A DNA stretch of 64,000 bases from a virus (lineage: Duplodnaviria; Caudoviricetes), in the IMG/VR virus record IMGVR_UViG_3300001580_000013, positions 23,742 to 87,741 of that record. The stretch is one strand, 5' to 3'. Shown here piece by piece: positions 1 through 8,792 of the stretch. A program made the translations under genes and the position numbers. A model generated the notes under the pieces. That model saw nothing but the letters and a program-made list of their open reading frames with translations, was not told where the DNA came from and did no database searches. How positions within the stretch are numbered: position 1 is the first letter of the stretch; every line of letters starts with the position of its first letter.

Positions 1-325
1 CTGATATGTTTAATTTAATTTTCATTTTCAGCCACCACTTTTAGATTTTAATTCCAAGTTTCTTTTCAATTTCTTTTATCGTCATTACAGTTTCATTATC
101 GTAACCAATAATTTCTTCTTTTTTAGTATCAGCAACAAAACTACACAATATTCTATTGTCATACTTGATCATACAATGTTTGCAATATGCACATGCGCCA
201 GAATTTACCATTATAAGTGAATTATTGAGGTGTTCTCGGTGTGGACAGGGAGTTAAACATTTATTACCATTCATTCGATACTTTATTTCTTCGACATCTT
301 TCATCTTTATTTCTCCTTTATTGTT

Positions 326-1027
326 TTATTTGTATAGAGCTTCAAATTGTTTTAATTTCTTCCAGCTATTGTTAACCATAAAAACATTTCCACTACTCAT
401 TGTCATACTACCATCATATTCAAAATATCTTTCAACATAATTTCTGAAAGGATAATATCTTATAACAATACCTTTATCAATCACTTTATCGAAGTATTCC
501 AAACCATTAAACGAATTAGTCTCAAAATATTTCCAGCCATCAGCTATTAATTTTTGTTTTGTAATTAAATCATCTATTTTCAAAAATTCTGATAATTCTT
601 CTGCTTCTTTGTAATCTATAAGAACACAATCCGTATATATTCTACCAGTTCTCAGATGCCAAAAAGCATATTTGATTCTTTCCCATAACATTGGCCATTT
701 TGGAAGTCCGAGGAAATGTTTATCAGAGCAACCAGATTCATACAACGAGAAATTAAAACCTAAGTGTTTTTCATCTTTCTCAATTCTAACAATTTCATTC
801 CCACAACGACACTGTATGTATTTGACCTCATTTTTTACTTCTGGTGCTTTTGTTGATGGTGTTATTGTGTATGTTCCAGTGTATGTTTTAGTCCCCTCAG
901 CACTAAAGGTATAATTTATATTAATGTTTTCTTCTCTTGGTTCTGGTTCACTTTTATTTTCTTTAATAATCACTGGTGGTCTAACTATAACCAACTTTGG
1001 ATCACAAACAAACTTTTCATCTTTCAT
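326..1027 (-). CDS. hypothetical protein (233 aa)
   Basis: Long ORF co-oriented with neighbours, upstream GGAG RBS and ATGA overlap with the next gene; no motif recognised. Confidence 0.7.
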   Translation of the reverse strand: MKDEKFVCDPKLVIVRPPVIIKENKSEPEPREENININYTFSAEGTKTYTGTYTITPSTKAPEVKNEVKYIQCRCGNEIVRIEKDEKHLGFNFSLYESGCSDKHFLGLPKWPMLWERIKYAFWHLRTGRIYTDCVLIDYKEAEELSEFLKIDDLITKQKLIADGWKYFETNSFNGLEYFDKVIDKGIVIRYYPFRNYVERYFEYDGSMTMSSGNVFMVNNSWKKLKQFEALYK

Positions 1028-1467
1028 TTCTTTCCTCTCATTTTATAGTAAATAGTTCCTTCAATTTCTTTTGTTTTCTCTAATTCTCTCATCCACTTTC
1101 TTTTCAATAAAATTTTCTTACCTTTTTTATATTCATACTTTCTTGTGTACCATAGAGAACCATTTGTGTTATCAGGTATTAAATTGTAGTATATACTATC
1201 AGCTATTCCAATGCACTTCTTCAATGATCGTCTTTCTAATTTATTATCGCTTAATAATCTATTTTTGTGTAGTTCTATTTCTTCAGGATTATAACAAGAG
1301 AAATGTTTTGGATGAAATACTACACTCTCATAGCTATTTGTGAATAATCTACTATCTACTCGGTTCTTAACAACCCAACCATGAGCAATTTTAGATTGGT
1401 AACCATCACCACCGGATTCAAAGAAAATAGTCAGTGCTAGCAGATATATATCAAAAAATGCTCTCAC
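1024..1467 (-). CDS. SleB-like cell wall hydrolase (Hydrolase_2 family)
   Basis: LALTIFFES (catalytic Glu), VVKNRV, VV..PKHFSC and downstream GSLWY motifs typical of SleB/Hydrolase_2. Confidence 0.8.
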   Translation of the reverse strand: MRAFFDIYLLALTIFFESGGDGYQSKIAHGWVVKNRVDSRLFTNSYESVVFHPKHFSCYNPEEIELHKNRLLSDNKLERRSLKKCIGIADSIYYNLIPDNTNGSLWYTRKYEYKKGKKILLKRKWMRELEKTKEIEGTIYYKMRGKK

Positions 1468-1688
1468 TTAATTAATTCTTGTATATAATTCACTGTGTAA
1501 TAAGAACTGAGAACAAAGAAAATAAATGGTATCAGCCAATATAATAGTTTATATTCTCCTGTTTTGTTTACTATCATAGCAACAACTATTATTATGTTTT
1601 GTGCTGTAACCACGAAAAACAAACCCCACAGAACGGATTCCGCCAAAATGCACTCCACTTCTTTTTCAAATTCTTTTTTACTTATCAT
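1464..1688 (-). CDS. small membrane protein
   Basis: 74 aa with two hydrophobic stretches; GGGAGAG RBS and sigma70 promoter upstream. Confidence 0.6.
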   Translation of the reverse strand: MISKKEFEKEVECILAESVLWGLFFVVTAQNIIIVVAMIVNKTGEYKLLYWLIPFIFFVLSSYYTVNYIQELIK

Positions 1689-1716
1689 TTATTCTCTCCC
1701 ATAATTGATTTATGGT

Positions 1717-1745
1717 AATATAAGATATACAAATTAAAATGTCAA
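1717..1745 (-). promoter_or_regulatory. sigma70-type early promoter (TTGACA-N17-TATATT)
   Basis: Plus strand tgtcaa at 1740-1745 and aatata at 1717-1722, 17-bp spacer; back-to-back with TnpB copy 1. Confidence 0.8.
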
Positions 1746-1763
1746 GTAAAATCTTTAAAATTT

Positions 1764-1771
1764 TATAAATA
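1764..1771 (+). promoter_or_regulatory. T4-type late promoter box TATAAATA (TnpB copy 1)
   Basis: TATAAATA ends 7 nt before the ATG at 1779; the same placement is seen at the other TnpB copies. Confidence 0.65.
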
Positions 1772-1778
1772 TAAGTAT

Positions 1779-2987
1779 ATGATAAGAACGTCTAAACATA
1801 TTCTCAAATTTGCCAACCAAAATAAATTAGATTTATTAGAACAAATTTATTTTGATTGTAAAAAGCAAATTGAAGTTTATATTGATCAAATTATATCGGC
1901 AAAGCTGGAATTAAGTAAGAGGATGAGCAGCAAATTGTTATCTAATGATTTCACAAAAAACTCCGATTGGAAAAATTTATGTTATCAACAAGCTTCTTCC
2001 ACCATCGGAAGTCAATACAAAAAAGCATCCAATAAAAGATTTAATTCTTACAAAAAGATTTACACCAAACTAAAAGAACAAAATAGATATCAAAAATTTT
2101 TATCAAAGAAATTCTCTGAATTAAATTTAAAACCAATTCAACAAACAAAATATTTCACTAAACCAAAATTGAATAATGTAACTATAATTATTCCAAAAAA
2201 TTTAATTAATTTCACTTCGGATTCTAAATCCTTTGATTCATTTATTAGATTAACTACACCATATAAAAAATCCATTCATAGATATCAAACCATCAATATT
2301 CCAATAAAATATCATTTTCATTCCAATAAATTTAGAACTTCTGGGTGGAAGTTGAAAAATTCTATTTCCTTGAACAAAGTTAATGATAACTTATACTTTG
2401 ATTTATTTTGGGAGAAAGAGCAAGTTACAAAGAAAACAAAAGGAAAGCAAATAGGTTTAGATTGTGGTTATAAGAAGCTACTCATTTCATCAGAAAATAA
2501 AATATATGATTTGGGTATGAAGAAAATCTATAACAAACTATCCAGAAAGAAACAAGGATCAAAGAATTTTAAGCAAGCATTAACTGAGAGAGATAATTTA
2601 ATTAATCGAAGTATAAACAAGATAGAAATGGAAGAAATAAAAACAATTGTAGTTGAAGATTTAAAGAATGTAAAGTTGGGAAGCAAATTTAGTAAAAAAT
2701 TTAATAACAAGCTACAGAGATGGAGTTATCCAAAGGTTTTGGTGAAGCTATCTATGATTTGTGAGGAACAAGGAATAAACTTGGTTAGAGTTGATCCTGC
2801 TTATACAAGTCAAACATGTAGTAAATGTGGATTTAAAGATAAGAAAAACCGTTCTGGTGAACGGTTCTTGTGTTTGAGTTGCGGAATGACTATGGATGCT
2901 GATTATAATGCATCAATTAATATTTTGCATAGAGGCATATACAGTTCCTCTACCGAAAATAATAAAGCTGATTTAAAGGTTAGCTGA
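1779..2987 (+). CDS. tnpB: RNA-guided endonuclease TnpB (IS607-type), copy 1
   Basis: 402 aa; RuvC triad IGLDCG / VVEDL / DADYNAS intact; zinc finger CSKCG...CLSCG; YTSQTC motif. Confidence 0.93.
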   Translation: MIRTSKHILKFANQNKLDLLEQIYFDCKKQIEVYIDQIISAKLELSKRMSSKLLSNDFTKNSDWKNLCYQQASSTIGSQYKKASNKRFNSYKKIYTKLKEQNRYQKFLSKKFSELNLKPIQQTKYFTKPKLNNVTIIIPKNLINFTSDSKSFDSFIRLTTPYKKSIHRYQTINIPIKYHFHSNKFRTSGWKLKNSISLNKVNDNLYFDLFWEKEQVTKKTKGKQIGLDCGYKKLLISSENKIYDLGMKKIYNKLSRKKQGSKNFKQALTERDNLINRSINKIEMEEIKTIVVEDLKNVKLGSKFSKKFNNKLQRWSYPKVLVKLSMICEEQGINLVRVDPAYTSQTCSKCGFKDKKNRSGERFLCLSCGMTMDADYNASINILHRGIYSSSTENNKADLKVS

Positions 2988-3011
2988 CTGTAGAATACAA
3001 ATTAATAGTAA
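2930..3011 (+). ncRNA. predicted TnpB omegaRNA 3-prime scaffold plus guide (copy 1)
   Basis: TAGAGG/CCTCTA hairpin, AGCTGATT-TAAA-GGTTAGCT hairpin, conserved end GACTGT at 2986-2991, then unique flank AGAATACAAATTAATAGTAA. The 5-prime boundary is not determined. Confidence 0.7.
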
Positions 3012-3023
3012 CATTTTATACTC

Positions 3024-3911
3024 CTATTTTAGTTTTTTCTGAATCATTTTTTTAGTTATTCCGCTAATTTCTTCAAATGCTTTATAATCAAAGTTTGGAA
3101 GATTCAACAATAATTCAACATCTTCTTTACTCGCAAATTCAAATGATTTCTGAAAACACTCTTTATATGTTTTACCAGCTTCTAAATTAAAATAAATAAA
3201 ATTGGGTTTCTTAGACTCTTCCCATAACTTTCTATCACAATCTTTATTAAATATTCTAACTGTTTCTGATTGTATAGTATTAAAGAAACCTGTTTCGTAA
3301 TTACAATTATTCCAGTTACCCGTATTCCTGTTACCCGTATTCCAGTCACCTGTATTGCTGTCACCCGTATTCCTGTTACCCGTATTCCAGTCACCTGTAT
3401 TGCTGTCACCTGTATTCCAGTCACCTGTATTGCTGTAACCTGTATTCCAGTTACCTGTATTCCTGTCACCTGTATTGCTGTCACCCGTATTCCAGTCACC
3501 TGTATTCCAGTCACCTGTATTCCAGTCACCTGTATTGCTGTTACCTGTATTGCTGTTACCTGTATTGCTGTTACCTGTATTGCTGTTACCTGTATTTCTG
3601 TTACCCGTATTGCTGTTATTATCATATTTGACAATAACTTCTTTTACAAATTTAAAAGATTTACAAACATGTTTTTCTATTACACCAACAGAATCACCCT
3701 CTTCTAAATCTTCTGCTTCAATTTCAAAGATTCTATTTGTTTCCTTATCAATCCACATATTCCAATATTCCGTTACATGATATCCTTTATTACACAAAGA
3801 AATATCATCAATTCTCGGAACTGATTTTCCGCTATTAACATATTCAGTGTAATCAAATGTTCCACCATCTTTCGCTTGCAAATCTTTGTTTAATACTTTG
3901 TAGAGTTTCAT
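3024..3911 (-). CDS. phage pentapeptide (G-N/D-x-N-T) repeat protein
   Basis: 295 aa; N-terminal LC..GYH domain, 20 tandem GxxNT units, C-terminal FFNT...FN domain typical of this phage family. Confidence 0.85.
   Translation of the reverse strand: MKLYKVLNKDLQAKDGGTFDYTEYVNSGKSVPRIDDISLCNKGYHVTEYWNMWIDKETNRIFEIEAEDLEEGDSVGVIEKHVCKSFKFVKEVIVKYDNNSNTGNRNTGNSNTGNSNTGNSNTGNSNTGDWNTGDWNTGDWNTGDSNTGDRNTGNWNTGYSNTGDWNTGDSNTGDWNTGNRNTGDSNTGDWNTGNRNTGNWNNCNYETGFFNTIQSETVRIFNKDCDRKLWEESKKPNFIYFNLEAGKTYKECFQKSFEFASKEDVELLLNLPNFDYKAFEEISGITKKMIQKKLK
3306..3605. repeat. 15-bp coding tandem repeat, 20 units
   Basis: Units such as tgtattccagtcacc and tgtattgctgttacc encode the GxxNT pentapeptides on the minus strand. 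Confidence 0.95.
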
Positions 3912-3971
3912 TTTATTCTCTCCTTTTTTAAATTCAATAGTAATATAAGATATTTTTAACTAAATGTCAAG
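3912..3971 (-). promoter_or_regulatory. early promoter/RBS cassette
   Basis: cTTGACA (3965-3970)-N17-TATATT (3942-3947)-ACTATTGAATTTAAAAAAGGAGAGAATAAA-ATG. Confidence 0.85.
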
Positions 3972-4790
3972 GATTATTTGTATTGCTTCAAATTTTTTAT
4001 TTTCAAATGGATAGCCAACTGGATTTGATATAAATTTAGTATCACCAAATAAATATTCCTGCTTAACATGTGTATGACCATAAATCCAATATTTCGCATT
4101 AGAGTATTCTGCGAAACCCATTCCGTTGAAGAAATATGCTCCTGTAAGTAAATCATATTTGTAAGGTTCATAAGCAAAGAATGGCTCGTTTAAAGGGCTA
4201 ATATGGGTAACTATAATATCAACTTGGTCATATACCTTAGATATTTTCTCCTTATCCGAAAATGACCACGCTTGCATATTTTCCCAAGTTAATTGCTCTG
4301 TGTCTTTTATCATTCCTTTAATGTAATTACCATCATTCATATTTCTATACCAATACTTCATTATATTAACCGCTGTCATACAAGGATTTAATTTCTGTGT
4401 ATAAGAAAAATCATACCAACCAGTACAACCCGATATTCTTACTCCATCAATTTCTTCAATTTGACCATCGAGAACAATTACTCCAAGTTTTTTAATTTCT
4501 TCCACAAGATATTTAGCTCTGATTTCATAATTATCAAATTTATCGCTTTCAGAATTAGAGAAATAGTGATCGTGGTTGCCCAAAACTACCAAAATCTTCT
4601 GATAATAATATCTCTTTAAATGTTTTAGAAAACTTAGTGTATCAGCTATAGAATTAGAAATATCACCAGCAATGATAATATTATCAGATTTTGGTTTAAT
4701 AAAATTTTTAATATAAAGACCAATCTTCCGTGGATTATTCGCGGTATGATGAGTGTAGTGAAGGTCTGATATTATGTCAAATTTAGTCAT
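3960..4790 (-). CDS. calcineurin-like metallophosphoesterase
   Basis: Motifs ISDLH, AGDIS, LGNHD, VTHISP, YGHTH, SNPVGY. Confidence 0.9.
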   Translation of the reverse strand: MTKFDIISDLHYTHHTANNPRKIGLYIKNFIKPKSDNIIIAGDISNSIADTLSFLKHLKRYYYQKILVVLGNHDHYFSNSESDKFDNYEIRAKYLVEEIKKLGVIVLDGQIEEIDGVRISGCTGWYDFSYTQKLNPCMTAVNIMKYWYRNMNDGNYIKGMIKDTEQLTWENMQAWSFSDKEKISKVYDQVDIIVTHISPLNEPFFAYEPYKYDLLTGAYFFNGMGFAEYSNAKYWIYGHTHVKQEYLFGDTKFISNPVGYPFENKKFEAIQIILDI

Positions 4791-4792
4791 TA

Positions 4793-5215
4793 TTAAATCT
4801 TATCAAAAAGTTGTTTGTTGGTTATAATATTATTTGTATATCCGAGTTCTCTTTCTTCTGTAAGATATTCATGTACCAATTGATTAACTGCTATTATGTT
4901 TGTATCTGTTGATATATTATCATGAAGATTTTCAAAAGCTCTCATAAGTTCTTGTCTATCTTTTTCAGTAGGTACTATTATTTTATAGCTAACATAATCT
5001 TCTTGTTTTGGGTCTTCATCATCTGCATATCTTTTCGGTGCTATACACAAATCTTCATATCTACAATAATGGTCATATCCATACGAAAGATTATCCCACT
5101 TTACCAAACAACCATCTTTGGAAGTTTTACCAACAACACCCTCCAAATCTTTAAGCCGTTTATGGCATACTCTTGTTTTGCCAGATTCCAAATATTTTAT
5201 TTCGTTATTGTTCAC
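4793..5215 (-). CDS. hypothetical protein (140 aa)
   Basis: Co-oriented ORF with RBS; no recognised family. Confidence 0.6.
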   Translation of the reverse strand: MNNNEIKYLESGKTRVCHKRLKDLEGVVGKTSKDGCLVKWDNLSYGYDHYCRYEDLCIAPKRYADDEDPKQEDYVSYKIIVPTEKDRQELMRAFENLHDNISTDTNIIAVNQLVHEYLTEERELGYTNNIITNKQLFDKI

Positions 5216-5216
5216 C

Positions 5217-5774
5217 TTAATTCTCCTTATTCAAAATATTTACAGCAATTTCGATATGCTCTGTTGTTAAACCATGCCACCAAGAAGTATGAATAAATTT
5301 ATCTTTTTGTCTATACAACATATCAGAATCATCGTCCAAAATTACATATCTAACTTGTTCTCTAACACTATACTCAGGATGAGTATGATATAAATATGCC
5401 TCTATTTCTAAACCTCTTGGAAGTGAAGGTGCTCTATCATTAAATGGCATATTTGCCTCTATATCATTCCACCATAATCTGGGTGTTATTCCTACTACAT
5501 TTCCTTTTACTCCAGCATAAGCAAGAATTTCTTTTATACTGGGCATAGAACGCCAAGTTGAAGAAACTACAATATCTGCTTGTGTTTGTTCGATAATTTT
5601 ATTCAGAACATCGACAGCTTTTGGGTCAAATTCCCATTTGTGATATTCTTTATCATCCATATCCTGTGCTCTTGCTCTCCATTCAGGATATCTTTCTTTA
5701 TACCAATCTTCCGAGTTCAAAACCCCGTCCACTCAAACATCCAAAAAAATTATTTTTGTAATTTTCTCAGACAT
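5217..5774 (-). pseudogene. HAD-family phosphatase (RNA-repair-type HAD) interrupted in motif I
   Basis: From GGAGG-ATG at 5774 the frame reads MSEKITKIIFLDV*VDGVLN; downstream IVVSSTWR, RGLEI and VILDDDSDM motifs are intact. In-frame TGA at 5733-5735. Confidence 0.75.
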
Positions 5775-5811
5775 ATTGCACCTCCTTTGCTTTAATTTTT
5801 AATTCGATTGT

Positions 5812-5840
5812 AATATAAGAATAATTTACTTAAATGTCAA
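5812..5840 (-). promoter_or_regulatory. sigma70-type early promoter
   Basis: TTGACA (5835-5840)-N17-TATATT (5812-5817). Confidence 0.8.
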
Positions 5841-7088
5841 GACTTATCTTCTATTTTTAATCCTTCAATTAACCCAAACAATTCTTCCGTACATTCGTAA
5901 CAAACTTCTGTATAATCTATGGAACTACAAACATTATTGATAACTCTACCAGAAAGCTGAAGATGCCCGTGACTACCCAAACTAATCAATTTCCCGCAAA
6001 TATCACATTTGATAACAGTCTCTTTCATTTCTCCTCCACGGTATAACAATTAGCATATTTTTCAAAAAATATATAAACAACAGATTTATGATATTTTGAA
6101 GAATTATGAACATATTTAATCACAATCTTCTCGTCCTTAGAATTAATACATTTATACAGATATACAGTTTCCAATTCATCATAATTTTGAATATCTATGA
6201 ACGTGATCAAGAGTTCTGTTGTTTTCTCATCTTTAATATATATTTTTTCTCTTTCTTCATCTATGGTTATAATTACATTTTTTGGAATATATCCACTCCA
6301 ACTGTGCCGGTAATTCGTAGTAGAGTATTCAAATGTTTTTAGGTGGAAAATCTCGGCAAAACATAAACTTGATAGAAGTAATATTAATAGTAATTTCATT
6401 TATTCTTCCGCGTTATAAATTTTCTGAATATAGCATTCTTCATCTATAAGCTGTTCTATCATATCCTCGGCTTCTTCATAAGTATCAAATCTATCAGCAA
6501 ACAATCTGCCACCAAACCTATCTTTGCTGAGAGAATAAAAAGCATCACCTTTAATATTTCGTATAATGTATTTAGTTTTCATTTTATTCCTCGATTTTTG
6601 TACTATCTGAATGTGTAACCACTTCATATTTTATTTTTACATTTTTTAAAGCTTCCTCAACACCAACTTTTTTAGCTTCGACCACGAGGGCAGACATTAA
6701 AAGACTTCCTATCAAACACCCACACAAATATAACCAAAATGGTTTTTTCTCTCCAAGAAATACACCAGAGGTTATCATAGTGATTGTAGAAAATATTATC
6801 AAAATTGTCAACATTTTATTCTACCTCCGTATAATTCATGAGAAAATGTTTAAACAAAAATGTATGATATAGAGAAAAATCCATTATACTACAATCATCG
6901 CATCCTTCCAAATAAAAATCCTCAATTTGTTCTACTACTTCACCCATAACATAACTGTCATCATCACCGCAATTCATAGTTCCAATACACAAACATTGCC
7001 AACCTAATTGTCCTGATAATTTCTTTAGTTTAATTAGGTATGCATATTGATCATATCCAAGAGCCGCATTTGTTTTATAAATTTTCAT
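5837..7088 (-). other. run of short hypothetical ORFs (5837-6028, 6025-6399 with signal peptide, 6400-6627, 6584-6814 membrane, 6816-7088)
   Basis: Tightly packed co-oriented ORFs, mostly with GGAG RBS; 6025-6399 begins MKLLLILLLSSLCFA (signal-peptide-like). Confidence 0.65.
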
Positions 7089-7100
7089 CGTTTCTCTCCT

Positions 7101-7568
7101 TTATTTGGTATCACATTCTTCGCATAATGGTAAAGGATCATATTCATATTCTATTGTATCACTTATAATATCAGAAGAATCATAATCTTTTACATCTTCA
7201 AATGAATATTCAAACTCATCATAAAAATCTTCCTGTTCATAACTTCTCCAGTACGAAGAAATTCTATCCTCAAAAAGATTTACTTTAATGTTATTATAGG
7301 TCTTAAAATGACCATTTAACCAATCAGTCAAAGCATATATATCTTTACCTCTTACACCGATTATTATTCCCGGAGAAGTTGACCTTATATTGATAACAAG
7401 ATTTATTTTATCACCAGAACTGTTGTCTAATGGTTCTACCTGAGTTTCAACCTCAACATCTGTTATTGAATATCTAATCCTTAACCTATCATCTTTGATA
7501 TGATTATAAAAACGATTCATACAAACTAAAACTTCTGTGGTGATTTCATTCAGTTCTTGAGTTTTCAT
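7101..7568 (-). CDS. KH-domain protein (type II KH, ribosomal protein S3-like motif) with acidic tail
   Basis: INIRSTSPGIIIGVRGKDIYAL matches the S3-type PGxxIGxxGxxIxxL KH loop; start reassigned to 7568 because of the RBS and promoter just upstream. Confidence 0.65.
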   Translation of the reverse strand: MKTQELNEITTEVLVCMNRFYNHIKDDRLRIRYSITDVEVETQVEPLDNSSGDKINLVINIRSTSPGIIIGVRGKDIYALTDWLNGHFKTYNNIKVNLFEDRISSYWRSYEQEDFYDEFEYSFEDVKDYDSSDIISDTIEYEYDPLPLCEECDTK

Positions 7569-7629
7569 TCTGTTCTCTCCTTTTTTTAAATTCAATAGTA
7601 ATATAAGACAATTCTGTTTAAATGTCAAG
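7569..7629 (-). promoter_or_regulatory. early promoter/RBS cassette
   Basis: TTGACA (7623-7628)-N17-TATATT (7600-7605)-ACTATTGAATTTAAAAAAAGGAGAGAAC. Confidence 0.85.
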
Positions 7630-8192
7630 TTTTATTTTTTAATTTAAATGCTCCGGCTTTAAACATCTTTTGAATATTATAAGATTTTTTAATTTCTTTA
7701 TCAGTGTATTGTTTTCTTTTTTCTGGATCAAGTAATTCGGATAATCTCAAAACTTCATACATTTCGTCGTCTAATCCCAAATTATATACGGCAACATCAT
7801 AGCCTCTATCAAGATACTCAAAAGATAAAAAATCTAAACAATATGTAGCTATATTAGAATATAAATGAGATCGCTCAATTTCCATTATGACTTCATAATA
7901 TGTCCGTATTTTTATTCTTGGTTCTAATTGTTCTGGCATAAGCAATATACTAATTTCTTTCATTATTTTCATTATTTTCCCCTATCTGTCAAGTTTTATT
8001 TTCAACCATTGCTTTCAATTGCTTAAGATTCTCAAAGGTGCATTCCATATACACCACACCATACTTCAGCATTTTATACATATAGTCTTGAAATGTACTA
8101 TCAGGCGTAAGTAACATACCTTCAGGAATATCGAGCATAACAACTTTATCTTGTGTTATCTGACCAATTTTGCAATAAGTTTTAATTCCCAT

Positions 8193-8792
8193 TTATAAAC
8201 CCTCTTCATCGGCTTGTTTTAATTCTTCTCTATAATCCTTTTTCCACAAACCTATACACTTAAGAATGAATATTATCTGTTCCCATTCATAAGGTTTCCA
8301 ACCATCCATTTCCCTAACGCCCACATCAAATCTATTCGGTAAAGGTCTCAGGGGTTTATGTCGGCAATAACCATGCACATGACCGTAGAGGTGAAAACTG
8401 CCGTAATGGTCAGAATCCCAAACTTCTATGGGATGATGAAACAAAACAATTTTTGTGCTTGGAATATTATCACCATTCTTTATTTTCAACACGAAGTAGT
8501 CTTTGATCCACTTAACATATTTTAGGAATATTGCTTCATTATGTTTTCCAATCCTATCATGATTGCCGGTTATGAGATACTTTTCACCATTCAATTGTTT
8601 CAGAATAAATTCGGGATCAACGCCATTCCAAATAAAGTCTCCGATAATATAAACTCTATCTCCATTATCGACTTTACTATTCCACGCATTGATAATAGTT
8701 TCGTCGTGCTCTGCTGTTGAGCCAAATCCTCTTTTCTTTGCTATGAAGTCGTGCCCGAAATGAGTATCAGCTATAAAAAATATTTTATTCAT
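8193..8792 (-). CDS. calcineurin-like metallophosphoesterase (short phage type)
   Basis: Motifs ADTHFGH, IGDF, GNHD, FHHP, LYGHVH, FDVGV. Confidence 0.88.
   Translation of the reverse strand: MNKIFFIADTHFGHDFIAKKRGFGSTAEHDETIINAWNSKVDNGDRVYIIGDFIWNGVDPEFILKQLNGEKYLITGNHDRIGKHNEAIFLKYVKWIKDYFVLKIKNGDNIPSTKIVLFHHPIEVWDSDHYGSFHLYGHVHGYCRHKPLRPLPNRFDVGVREMDGWKPYEWEQIIFILKCIGLWKKDYREELKQADEEGL

Noticed and set aside
3306-3605. Possible CRISPR array or DGR template/variable repeat
   Set aside because: The units are contiguous with no spacers, encode a peptide repeat, and no reverse transcriptase or cas gene is in the window.
3182-3780. Three extra long ORFs (3182-3634, 3270-3707, 3475-3780) over the 15-bp repeat
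   Set aside because: They are shadow frames of a stop-free tandem repeat; only 3024-3911 has a promoter, an RBS and non-repetitive flanking domains.
5733-5735. TGA stop-codon reassignment
   Set aside because: TGA terminates many genes through ATGA overlaps, long genes are intact in the standard code, and readthrough would still break the DxD spacing.
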